Below are positions 10,983 through 20,390 of a stretch of DNA of 64,000 nt, in pieces. Position 1 is the stretch's first letter. Every line of letters begins with the position of its first letter. The DNA is taken from the NCBI GenBank assembly GCA_958296135.2, contig CATQHZ020000001.1:1920001-1984000 (forward strand), in the 5' to 3' direction. The DNA is from an uncultured Poribacteria bacterium (GTDB taxonomy: Bacteria > Poribacteria > WGA-4E > WGA-3G). A program made the position numbers and the translations under genes. The notes below the pieces were generated by a model, which was not told the origin of the DNA, did not search any database, and saw only the letters and a list, made by a program, of their open reading frames with translations.

Positions 10983-11237
10983 TTACCGTGTTGGGCTCGG
11001 TCGAGCGTGCAGTGTTATTCGGGAGACCGAATAACACCTCTTCGGCTCAGCAGATCGTGCAGTGTTTTTTGTAATAACAAAAAACACATCTTCGGAAACC
11101 GGTTTGGAAACCTTTGCAAACCTGCCTACACGAGCTGCAGCAGCGTGTATTCACGCTCGCCTACACGCCCGCCCGCCAATGATATCACCGCCAGCGCATT
11201 GCCCACCCTAGTGATATAGGCGAAACACGGCACACGG
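10983..11237 (+). ncRNA. Candidate structured 5' leader RNA of tnpB2 with a 181-bp insertion
   Basis: CCGTGTT/AACACGG; TGGGC+AATG/CATTGCCCA split by the insertion at 10997-11177; CCTA/TAGG hairpin whose loop GTGATA pairs with TATCAC. Confidence 0.55.
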
Positions 11238-11246
11238 GAACACCTC

Positions 11247-12326
11247 ATGAAAACGCACAATATTGCACTGCGCCCGACAGCGGCACAGGTTACCCAATTC
11301 CATCAGCACGCGGGCTATCGCCGATTTGTCTATAACTATGCTCTGTCCGATTTCAAAGCGGGCTTAGCCGAAGGCGAATGGCGAAACGGCCGCACGTTGC
11401 GAACTCGGTTTAATGCCGTGAAGGACACGCAGTTTGAATGGCAGCAACCGCTCATCGCCCGCGTAGCATCACATGCCTTCGATGATTTTAACACGGCGTG
11501 TCAACGGTGGAAAAACAAAATCGCCAAGTTCCCGAAGTATAAGCGGAAGTCGGGTAAACAATCGTTTCGCGTCGACAATAAACGCAATGCGATAAAATGT
11601 GAAGGTAAACGGCTTTACCTGCCAAAGATAGGTTGGGTGCGGACGTTTGAAGCGTTGCGGTTCAAAGGCGACGTGATGCGCGTAGTGATTAAGAAGCGAG
11701 GACATCGTTGGTTTGCATCGGTGCTCGTCGAAACCACGCCCCGAGCCAAACCCGATTTACGCGGGTTGCCTCCCGTGGGTATCGATGTCGGTATCAACAC
11801 CCTCGCCACTTGCTCTGATGGACGCACCTTTGGAAACCCACGCGCCTTGGCCCATTATCAACGTCAACTCCGCCGTGCGCAACGCGCCCTAAGTCGTTCA
11901 GTCTATCGCAGTCAGAATTGGTGGAAGAAGAAGGAACGTGTTGTCCGTATCCACTATCGTATCGCTTGCATCCGCGAAGACGCGCATCACAAGGCCAGCA
12001 CGGCGATTGTGAAAGGTGTCTCAGCAATCGGGATAGAATCTCTGAACGTGAAAGGCATGATGAAAAACCGTCGTCTTGCGAAGGCATTGTCGGACGCGGC
12101 ACTCGGGGGATTTCTCTCCAAGTTGAAGACGAAAGCACAGGCACTTGGCGTGCATATTGAGGAAGCCTCTCAGTGGTTCGCTTCCTCGAAGACGTGCAGT
12201 GCATGCGGACATAAAAAGGATACCCTCACGTTATCGGAACGTGACTATCACTGCAGCGACTGTGGATTGCGGATAGACCGCGATTTGAACGCTGCAAGGA
12301 ATTTGGAACCCTCGCCGCTGGTTTGA
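11247..12326 (+). CDS. tnpB: TnpB RNA-guided endonuclease, intact
   Basis: RuvC D/E/D (GIDVG, GIESL, DRDLNAA) and C4 zinc ribbon (CSAC, CSDC). Confidence 0.93.
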   Translation: MKTHNIALRPTAAQVTQFHQHAGYRRFVYNYALSDFKAGLAEGEWRNGRTLRTRFNAVKDTQFEWQQPLIARVASHAFDDFNTACQRWKNKIAKFPKYKRKSGKQSFRVDNKRNAIKCEGKRLYLPKIGWVRTFEALRFKGDVMRVVIKKRGHRWFASVLVETTPRAKPDLRGLPPVGIDVGINTLATCSDGRTFGNPRALAHYQRQLRRAQRALSRSVYRSQNWWKKKERVVRIHYRIACIREDAHHKASTAIVKGVSAIGIESLNVKGMMKNRRLAKALSDAALGGFLSKLKTKAQALGVHIEEASQWFASSKTCSACGHKKDTLTLSERDYHCSDCGLRIDRDLNAARNLEPSPLV

Positions 12327-12493
12327 CGGAGAGGAGTGGGTATTACCTCTCGTATCCGAGAGGTAATACCTTAAACGCCTGTGGAGCTCGTGTCAGACTT
12401 CGGTTGCGAAGCAGTGAGTGTTGAAGCAGGAACTTTAGAAATCGGACAGACTCATACGGACTTGTCCAGATATGTCTCGATTTCAGGGAACAG
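12306..12493 (+). ncRNA. Putative omegaRNA/reRNA scaffold of tnpB2
   Basis: Homologous to 9900-10081, with an extra perfect 14-bp hairpin GGTATTACCTCTCG-TATC-CGAGAGGTAATACC. Confidence 0.6.
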
Positions 12494-12500
12494 ACACCCC

Positions 12501-14141
12501 ATGCATAACAGACCTCCGACTATCGGCGAATATCTCTTACGAAAACTGCATCACTACGACATTGAACACATCTTCGGGATCCCCGGCGATTATGTGCTGC
12601 GGTTCTATCACCTCATTGAGCAGGGCCCCATCCAGCACATCGGCATGACACGCGAAGACGCAGCCGGATACGCAGCCGATGCTTACGCACGCCTCAAAGG
12701 CATGGGTGCCGCTTGTGTCACCTACTGTGTCGGCGGACTGTCAATGGTGAACGCTATCGCGGGTGCCTACGCCGAAAAATCGCCTGTCGTCGTGATTAGC
12801 GGTGCACCCGGCATCAAAGAACGCGGTAAGGACGCACTGCTGCACCACAAAGTGCGCGACTTTCACACGCAACAGCGCATCTACGAGCAGATTACCGTCG
12901 CAACCGCACTGCTGGATGAACCATTCTCCGCCTTCAACGAGATCGACCGGGTGCTTGATGCAGTTTACCGATATAAACGGCCCGGCTACATTGAACTCCC
13001 CCGCGATATGGTGGACATCCACGGCTCTCTCCATCAACGTCCCTCAACAGGCGGACACCTCAGCGACCCGGCCGTTTTGGATGCCGCCGTTGAAGACGCG
13101 CTCGATTTCATCAACCATAGCAAAAATCCGGTGATTCTCGCCGGCGTGGAACTCCACCGATTCGGGTATCAAAACAAACTGCTCAGGTTGGTGGAAGAAA
13201 AGCGTATCCCCGTGGTGGCGACACTCCTCGGCAAATCGGTGATGCAGGAGGGACATCCGCTCTACCTTGGCGTTTATGAGGGCGCGATGGGAAGGGAAAA
13301 TGTCCGCCAATTCGTCGAGAACTCCGATTGCGTCATCATCCTCGGGGCCTTCATGACAGATGTGAACCTCGGCATTTACACAGCCAACCTTGAACGCGGG
13401 AAATCCATATACGCGACATCGGAAAAGATTGCCGTGCGCTATCACGCTTATGAAGAAGTCATGTTGGACGATTTTATTCACGGCCTCACCTCACCGAATC
13501 TTCGGAAACGGAAGAAACCGAACGTGGAATGGGCAAAGCAGCCCTCCGAATCTTTTGAGGTATCTGCAGACGCGCCGTTAAGCGTGGCACGTCTGTTCCA
13601 GCATCTCAACGAATTCATGAGCGAAGGGCTGACGGTTATCGCCGATGCAGGCGATAGTCTTTTCGGCGCGTTGGATTTGCGGATGCGCCAACGCAACGAT
13701 TTTATCAGTCCTGCTTATTACACTTCCATGGGGTTTGCTGTGCCAGCATCCGTCGGCGCGCAGCTGGGCAGGCCGGACACGCGGCCTATCGTTATCGTCG
13801 GCGATGGCGCGTTCCAAATGACCGGGACAGAACTCTCCACAACGGCGCGCTACGGGCTCAATCCGATTATCCTCGTCTTAAACAACCACGGTTACGGCAC
13901 GGAACGGCACCTCCACGAAGGCAGGTTTAACGACATTCGGGACTGGAACTATAGCCGACTGCCGGAGGTATTCGGTGCTGGGAGAGGCTACCATGTCCGC
14001 ACCGAGGGCGAATTTGACGCTGCCTTCAAAGCCGCACTCGCGGAGACTGAGCACTTTGTCCTAATCGAAGTGGAACTTGAAAAGTTAGACAAGTCACCGG
14101 CATTGGCACGGTTGGCAGAACGAATGTCTGATAAAATCTAA
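12501..14141 (+). CDS. TPP-dependent alpha-keto acid (pyruvate/indolepyruvate) decarboxylase
   Basis: IFGIPGDY, AADAYAR, LLHH, GDGAFQMT...NNHGY. Confidence 0.9.
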   Translation: MHNRPPTIGEYLLRKLHHYDIEHIFGIPGDYVLRFYHLIEQGPIQHIGMTREDAAGYAADAYARLKGMGAACVTYCVGGLSMVNAIAGAYAEKSPVVVISGAPGIKERGKDALLHHKVRDFHTQQRIYEQITVATALLDEPFSAFNEIDRVLDAVYRYKRPGYIELPRDMVDIHGSLHQRPSTGGHLSDPAVLDAAVEDALDFINHSKNPVILAGVELHRFGYQNKLLRLVEEKRIPVVATLLGKSVMQEGHPLYLGVYEGAMGRENVRQFVENSDCVIILGAFMTDVNLGIYTANLERGKSIYATSEKIAVRYHAYEEVMLDDFIHGLTSPNLRKRKKPNVEWAKQPSESFEVSADAPLSVARLFQHLNEFMSEGLTVIADAGDSLFGALDLRMRQRNDFISPAYYTSMGFAVPASVGAQLGRPDTRPIVIVGDGAFQMTGTELSTTARYGLNPIILVLNNHGYGTERHLHEGRFNDIRDWNYSRLPEVFGAGRGYHVRTEGEFDAAFKAALAETEHFVLIEVELEKLDKSPALARLAERMSDKI

Positions 14142-14200
14142 GTTTTTTTAAGGCAAACGCGCTAGGCGCGCTTGCAAAGCGCGCCTAGCGTCGTTCCAAC

Positions 14201-16474
14201 TCATTTTCGGATGAGCATTTTGCGCGTCGCCGAAAAGTCACCGGCGTGAAGCGTGTAGAGATAAACCCCACTACTCACAGGCTCCCCTACCTCATTGCGG
14301 CCATCCCAGTAGACTTCCTGCGCTGGAGAGGCATAGTCGCCAGATGGCAGTATGCCCGGCGATAGGACGCGAATGAGTTGTCCTGTTGCGGCGTAGATGC
14401 GTACCGTGACAGGGCTCTCGTTCGCAAGCCGGAAGGGAATCCATGTTTCTGGATTGAACGGATTGGGAAAGTTTTGTAGCAGCTGATTTTGCTTCATCTG
14501 CCCCAAGGTAACGATGCGTTTCCCACGCGGTTCAACGGCAACAGCCCCTGATGGTAACAGTTGCCTCCCATCCCAAATCAGAATTTGCCCTGTCTCATGA
14601 TAGGAGAGGACAACGGAGCCGTCTTGACTCACGGCGAAATACCGTGGAATAGGTGGATGGACAAGAGGTGTGTTGGTTTGCCACTCCCAGATTTGGAGGG
14701 AGTCGTTTTGATCGGCGAAAAGATAGCGTCCATCGGGACTAAAATGCGCGGGAGAGTCTGCATCCAACAACGTTGCTATAAGTTCCGGATGCTGTTGGCC
14801 TAACCTCCAGATTTGGAGGTGCTCTCGGCCCGGCACGGCAAGCACCGTTGAGCCATCAACCTTACCAAACGCATACCTTTCCCACCCATTCGTCCAAAGT
14901 TCAGGCACGTCCCATGCATAGTGGAAGACGAAGGTATCTCCTTCGCGTTTCCATAATAGCACTTGGCGTTCTTCGTCGCCGGTGGCTGCCAAATATGCGT
15001 CATTTTCACTGAACGCAAGCCCATCGAACCATGTGGAAATCCCTCTGTCAGCTGGCACGGCTCTCCTACTCTTCTCAGGATTTTCGACATCAAAGAGGAA
15101 GATTTCTCCATAACCACGTGCGGCTACCCACCCTCCGGTTGAACTGAAGGCAATGTCAGAGTGGCCGCGGGTGTAAGGAAACTGCATCTCAATGGCACCT
15201 GTCTGAAGATTGTAGACTTGAATCCACGGATCTCTGCCGACAGCCAATTTTTGTCCATCGGGAGAAATGGCGAACATTCGGAACGTCCCACCTTCCGCGG
15301 AAATAAGCTGACGCAATTGCTGTGAAGCGAGATGCCAAACTTTAATGAAATAGGGGGATACGGAGACGAGGGTTTGCCCATCAGGGCTCAGCACAGGTGG
15401 GTAAAAACTGCCCTCAAAATCGGCCCACACCCTCAGCTGTTGCCTTGCCTCAATGTCCCACAGGACAATAGCATCTCGATAATGTAGGAGTGCGGTTTTT
15501 CCGTTCGGCGATAAGGCGAAGGCTCCCAACTTACGAAATTCTGTCCCGAACGTATCAAGTTGTTGTCCAGATGCAACATCCCAGACGCGCACCTGGTCAT
15601 CCCAACCTTTCCAAGTTTCGCCGCCCGAAGAATAGAGCGCATCTGTTTCAGTTGCAACGTATAAACGTTGGCTGCCGGGACTAAAGACGGCACCTGAAAC
15701 GTTTCCAATGCCGCTCTCTCTGTCCCATAAAAGTTCTTGCGTCTCCAGACTCCAGAGGTAAATGGAACCCGATTCCGCTCCAGTTGTTGCGAGAAACTCG
15801 CCGTTTGGACTGACAGTCGCCCCCTCTACCCAACTGCCCACATGGCTTTCAAAATGCGCTTCCAAGCGGCGAGTTTCAACGTTCCACAACTCCACATCCA
15901 GCCGTGCCGAGGTGACGATGAGATAATCCGCGTTCGGGGTAAAAACCAAGGTGTGCTCCGCGCAAGTTGCGCCGCCGCTTGCGTGGGAGTGGCACTGTTT
16001 CGATGGCCGACGTTCACCCGTCATTGTGCCGAGCCACTCACCGGTTTGCCAATTCCAGAGATGAATCTTATCGTCAAAACCGATGGCGAACAGCGTGCCT
16101 TTTGGACTGAATGCCCCGGCACCAAGGTAGGCAGGAACTTCCCACTCCGATATTTGTTGGCGCAGTTTGACATCCCAAACAGTAACGCGAGTCGTTTTTG
16201 GCTCAACACCAGGACTCAGAATGGCAAGATGTTCCGCGGATGGACTCAATACCACCTCGCTGATATCGGACTGCTCGGCAAATTCGTCAATAACCGCGCC
16301 TGTCACTGGATGGACAATCTGAAGATGCGTCCATCCAACGCGCAGGATGGTTCCATCTGAGAGAAAGGCGTGCTTTTCTGGAAACGGCTGCCCAATTGTG
16401 CCGACAGGTTCAATAGCAAGGGCAACACACGGTATCCAGATAATGCTGCAAAGCAGGAAAAACAGCGTCTTCAT
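14201..16474 (-). CDS. Exported WD40/beta-propeller protein with C-terminal FlgD-Ig/T9SS-like sorting domain
   Basis: Signal peptide MKTLFFLL, repeated SPDG...LWD blades, C-terminal NFPNPFNPETWIP...YWDGRN...RKMLIRK. Confidence 0.85.
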   Translation of the reverse strand: MKTLFFLLCSIIWIPCVALAIEPVGTIGQPFPEKHAFLSDGTILRVGWTHLQIVHPVTGAVIDEFAEQSDISEVVLSPSAEHLAILSPGVEPKTTRVTVWDVKLRQQISEWEVPAYLGAGAFSPKGTLFAIGFDDKIHLWNWQTGEWLGTMTGERRPSKQCHSHASGGATCAEHTLVFTPNADYLIVTSARLDVELWNVETRRLEAHFESHVGSWVEGATVSPNGEFLATTGAESGSIYLWSLETQELLWDRESGIGNVSGAVFSPGSQRLYVATETDALYSSGGETWKGWDDQVRVWDVASGQQLDTFGTEFRKLGAFALSPNGKTALLHYRDAIVLWDIEARQQLRVWADFEGSFYPPVLSPDGQTLVSVSPYFIKVWHLASQQLRQLISAEGGTFRMFAISPDGQKLAVGRDPWIQVYNLQTGAIEMQFPYTRGHSDIAFSSTGGWVAARGYGEIFLFDVENPEKSRRAVPADRGISTWFDGLAFSENDAYLAATGDEERQVLLWKREGDTFVFHYAWDVPELWTNGWERYAFGKVDGSTVLAVPGREHLQIWRLGQQHPELIATLLDADSPAHFSPDGRYLFADQNDSLQIWEWQTNTPLVHPPIPRYFAVSQDGSVVLSYHETGQILIWDGRQLLPSGAVAVEPRGKRIVTLGQMKQNQLLQNFPNPFNPETWIPFRLANESPVTVRIYAATGQLIRVLSPGILPSGDYASPAQEVYWDGRNEVGEPVSSGVYLYTLHAGDFSATRKMLIRK

Positions 16475-16639
16475 GAGAAACCTCCAAATGCCGATCCGTT
16501 TGTCTTTTAACCATAATAGCAATAGCAATTTTCATGCCAACAGAATCGCATTCAAAGGGAGGTTTCAACCGATTTTTCTGACAAAATGCGTCAGGGCTGT
16601 TCAGTTTCTGAACAGAAAATCAGACACTATGCAACTCAT

Positions 16640-17446
16640 CTATTGCGATGCGGAAATCTTCTCGCGCAAGAAACCTGTGCAAAAAGGCACTTGCGCCTCC
16701 GAAAGTCCGTGCAGCACAACCGCGCCTTCATAACCCGATTGCTTGAGCAAACTGAGATACTGCTCGTAGTCCAACAAGCCGGTGCCAGCGGCGAGATGTC
16801 CCGCTTGGCCGTCTCTGTCCAAGTCTTTCGCGTGTGCGAGCGCGATGTCTTCGCCAAGGAGGTCGAATGCCTCATCGATAATTTCGCGCATCCGCGGCAG
16901 TTCGCCTTTGTGGAAGATGTTCGCGCCATCCATCACCACCTTCAGATGCGGCGACTGCATTTCGTCAATCAAGCGACGGGCCTTCTTGGCAGAATCGACG
17001 ACGTTCGCCACTTCCGGCTCAATGGCAAGCGTGACGTTGTATTCCTGTGCCACCTCTAACGCCTGCGCCATTGACTCCACCAGATCTTGCCACGCCGATG
17101 CCGTATTATTATCGGGATGGGCGCGCCACATGCTGTCCGCATCGCGGCTGCCGGTGCAGAGTGTCATCACCGAAGTGCCAAGTGGTTCGCACGCCGCCGC
17201 GACAGAACGCAACATGTGTAATCCATCGTGGCGTTTCTGCACATTCGGATGAACCATGTTGTAAGTGCCAGACAACGCAGATACGGTTATCTGCCGAGCA
17301 TCCAACGCCTTGCGAATCTCCGCCAGCGGCGGTGCTGCTGCGGAGACGTGATATTGTAAATGGTAGATACCGTGTTTGACGATGGCATCCAGCGTTTCGC
17401 CGAGCGTTTGCCGGCGGATGGTGCCTTCCATCAGTCCGATTTGCAT
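16640..17446 (-). CDS. Sugar phosphate isomerase/epimerase (xylose-isomerase-like TIM barrel)
   Basis: LAIEPE, MDGAN, AHAKD, GTGLLDY. Confidence 0.85.
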   Translation of the reverse strand: MQIGLMEGTIRRQTLGETLDAIVKHGIYHLQYHVSAAAPPLAEIRKALDARQITVSALSGTYNMVHPNVQKRHDGLHMLRSVAAACEPLGTSVMTLCTGSRDADSMWRAHPDNNTASAWQDLVESMAQALEVAQEYNVTLAIEPEVANVVDSAKKARRLIDEMQSPHLKVVMDGANIFHKGELPRMREIIDEAFDLLGEDIALAHAKDLDRDGQAGHLAAGTGLLDYEQYLSLLKQSGYEGAVVLHGLSEAQVPFCTGFLREKISASQ

Positions 17447-17508
17447 GGGTTTTCTCTCCTACTGCGCGGGGGGCGGATATGAGCATCCGCCCCCAAACAT
17501 ACTTAGTT

Positions 17509-18951
17509 CTATTCTTCCGAACGCTCAGAAGATTTACCACCGAGGAGCTGTTCGATCAATTCTGCTGTCTCTGCATCATCGGTTTTGAGCCGGCGAAGAC
17601 CCTCCCTCGGTCCATAACGGTTCAAGGTTTCCATTGCGCGCTGGAGACGTTCCGGTTCCAACTGCGCCAGCCTCGCCCGATAGTTGGCTTCTGGCTCCAA
17701 CTGCTTGCGGAGCTCCGCCTCAATACTTTCGTCTGTAGGAAGTTCCGGCACCTGCGGCGTGAGCAGCTCCTCAAGTTCCGCATCGCTTAGCGTTGTCCAC
17801 TCGCGGGCCCGTTCTTGCGCGCGTTCAAATGCCTCTTGCGCAGCGCGGGCGGCTCCCTGAACCCGGTCTGGCGCGTCATCAGCAGGTTCGGATGTGGATT
17901 GCGTTGAGAGATCCAAGGGCTCTGGCATCTCTATCGCAGCACCGTCGGATGGAACAGGTTCTGCAGTTGAAGTTGGCGCGGGTTCAATGCCCATCTTCTC
18001 GCGCACCGCCTCACGCGAGGGAAGGGGAGCGTCGTTGAGAACATTGCCTTTCTCATCAACGTAGACAACTTCCCAGCCCTCCGGTTCTATGCCTCTGTAA
18101 AGCAGTTCAAACCGCTGTTTTTCAGAGAGTCGCGGTCCCACAATTTCCGTTATCTTCCCACTCTCATTCCTTGTTACCGAACTTGACATTGACGCAATAG
18201 AGGCATCTGTTCCCGATCTCTGAACATACATTCTCCCTGGAGTAGATGGAAGAACATTTTCACCTATCGTCGTCCAATTGTCCACGGAGGCATTGGATTG
18301 CTTTACCTCTCGGACGCGTTGATACTTCTGAAGTTGGCTATCAATGAACGCCATTTTCGCGGCATCCCAGTCATTTGCATCGGAACTATGTTCCTCGCGA
18401 AACAGTCTCGTGCGAATGTTCAGATAGGCCTCATAATCGTCAAAATTGTGAATGGTGGTGCCTTTTTCAAGGAGCATCTGAATCCACTCGGCGCGTGGGT
18501 GTTTCGCGTCCACTTCATCCTGCGTCCAACTGACTTTTTGGCGAAACTCCCCATTTTCGTCCTCAAGCGAGAAAGTCCCGCTCGCGCCTTCGTTCCTCAT
18601 ATCGTATTCGACATCAAACGCTTCTATGAGAGCTGCAACGGTTTGCGCCCTAGGATGTATCGCTCTGATACCGGAGAAAAGGGATGAATTTCGGCGTTGC
18701 ACTTCGGCGCGCTTCTCAAATTTCGCGCGCAGTTGGTGCCGGATGTCAGCAACCTGTGCGTCGTTCAGCGGTTCGGCATCCGGGTTCTCCTTCGCAAAAT
18801 TTTCAATTGCGTGGTTGACAGCGGTTTCTGTCTGTTCATCCACCCAGTTATCCCACCCCGCCTTGGAACTTTGCTCGGCGCGCCACACGAGGAAGGCAGC
18901 TCCCAAAACGAGCGAAAGTAACACGGCGAGGACAATGTGTCTGGCTTTCAT
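17509..18951 (-). CDS. Hypothetical membrane-anchored protein
   Basis: 480-aa ORF with GGAG RBS, N-terminal TM and an acidic Pro-rich linker; no family recognised. Confidence 0.7.
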   Translation of the reverse strand: MKARHIVLAVLLSLVLGAAFLVWRAEQSSKAGWDNWVDEQTETAVNHAIENFAKENPDAEPLNDAQVADIRHQLRAKFEKRAEVQRRNSSLFSGIRAIHPRAQTVAALIEAFDVEYDMRNEGASGTFSLEDENGEFRQKVSWTQDEVDAKHPRAEWIQMLLEKGTTIHNFDDYEAYLNIRTRLFREEHSSDANDWDAAKMAFIDSQLQKYQRVREVKQSNASVDNWTTIGENVLPSTPGRMYVQRSGTDASIASMSSSVTRNESGKITEIVGPRLSEKQRFELLYRGIEPEGWEVVYVDEKGNVLNDAPLPSREAVREKMGIEPAPTSTAEPVPSDGAAIEMPEPLDLSTQSTSEPADDAPDRVQGAARAAQEAFERAQERAREWTTLSDAELEELLTPQVPELPTDESIEAELRKQLEPEANYRARLAQLEPERLQRAMETLNRYGPREGLRRLKTDDAETAELIEQLLGGKSSERSEE

Positions 18952-19085
18952 GGTAGTTTCTCCATATAGTGGGCAAATTGCCTTGAGAAAAAAGAGCGTC
19001 CCTTATCAGCCTTTCACTTGGATAGAGTCTATTGAACCGAAAAAAGATAGTAAAATCGGAAGATTGCGAGGGACAGGCCCTCGCG

Positions 19086-20354
19086 TTACGTTTCACAGAT
19101 AGTTTTTCCTCTCCTTAACGCGCCCAGCAAAGAAACCATCTCCTCTTGAATCACTCCCTCCACAAACGGTTCCAATGCCAACCGATACGGCCCACTCAGC
19201 GCATGGTTTCGCGGGCCTGCTTCGTAGCCGCCACGCAAGCCCAACTCGTAGGCACGCTGCGTCGCAACATAGACTTCGCTGCCGTTGGTATAGCCGAAAA
19301 CGAACGTGTGTCTGAACGGCGAATTTTCATCGGCAAACAACTGATACTCCGAGAAGAGTTCGTGCGAGACGGAGAGGAAACAGAGCGCATCGCCGACAGC
19401 AAAGCCACTCATCGGAAACGGCAAAGTCCGTTTTTCACCGCTTTTGGCAACCTCTAACAGCGCGACGTAACGTTCGTCATCGGGAAATTCGGCGATAAGT
19501 TGCTCACACTCGGCAACCGAAGGTGGGGAACGAAACGGTAAATTCAGGAGAACGGAACGCGCTTTGAGCGGTGCAGATCGAACCTCTTCCGCCGTGCTTA
19601 ACGCTTGCGCTGCCGCAAAGGCGAGCGCGAGCCCGGCGACATCGCACGCGCTGAAACCGCCGCGCAACGGATACCCGTTGATATCCGCCGCGCACCCCTG
19701 CGCGAACATTAAAACGGTCTCGGGTTTCAAATCCGCACCGATGAAATTGCGCAGATGATTGACAGCGTAACCGGGGTAATCCGCACCCATCTCATCGCTA
19801 GCCCAGTGAACAATCACGGGATGCGCGGCATGCGAGAACAACACGGCGATGAGCTGCCCGTTCGCATCGTCTACACCTAACACGTCAACCCACGGCACCA
19901 CCGGCCCTTCGGGATTTGGTGCCATCGTGATATAACCGTCGTCGTTCATCAGTCGGCGGTTGTAGCCAATCTGCCCCGAGGCGCGTCCGGCGCGTAGTGT
20001 CGCCGGTTCAAGTGCCACCACTGCATCCGCTACCAATTCTGCCAGACAGTTTGCCAGCCACGCTTCGGATTCTTCGGTTATCCAGCGTCCATCAACGCCG
20101 GGCGCGTTGTGCGTGTGGCTACAGTTGATGACGATGTGCTCGGGTGGGATATCGGTGGCACGGTAGATTGCGTCTAGCAGCACCTTGTTATAGTCAAGCG
20201 GAAACTGCCCGAAGTCTGCCGTGACAATGGCGAGCCGTTTCTCGTCATCGGCAACCACCAACGCGCGGGCATAGAGTTCGGCGTAGACTTCGGGCCTGTC
20301 CTTTATTTTGGTAATGGGGGTTTCGGCGGCACCTGCCCTTAACGTGGTGTTCAT
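19086..20354 (-). CDS. Neutral/alkaline ceramidase N-terminal-like hydrolase
   Basis: LYARAL, SHTHNAP, AHPV, ADYPG, QGCAADIN, GGYE. Confidence 0.8.
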   Translation of the reverse strand: MNTTLRAGAAETPITKIKDRPEVYAELYARALVVADDEKRLAIVTADFGQFPLDYNKVLLDAIYRATDIPPEHIVINCSHTHNAPGVDGRWITEESEAWLANCLAELVADAVVALEPATLRAGRASGQIGYNRRLMNDDGYITMAPNPEGPVVPWVDVLGVDDANGQLIAVLFSHAAHPVIVHWASDEMGADYPGYAVNHLRNFIGADLKPETVLMFAQGCAADINGYPLRGGFSACDVAGLALAFAAAQALSTAEEVRSAPLKARSVLLNLPFRSPPSVAECEQLIAEFPDDERYVALLEVAKSGEKRTLPFPMSGFAVGDALCFLSVSHELFSEYQLFADENSPFRHTFVFGYTNGSEVYVATQRAYELGLRGGYEAGPRNHALSGPYRLALEPFVEGVIQEEMVSLLGALRRGKTICET

Positions 20355-20390
20355 CGTGGGCCTCCTATTTCCATTCTGCGGAGATGGCGG

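Larger units (their letters stand above)
10900..12493 (+). mobile_element. IS607-like TnpB-only element 2; left boundary approximate
   Basis: Left GAAAATCGAGACACAT (10912) is the inverse of right-end ATATGTCTCGATTTC; right end finishes GGGAACAG, homologous to the element 1 end; no tnpA. Confidence 0.68.

Noticed and set aside
11095-11225. Group I intron (IStron) core, suggested by GCCTA...GATATAGGC resembling P7
   Set aside because: Canonical GACUA/UAGUC and the P/Q motifs are absent, and these bases are explained by the leader fold shared with element 1.
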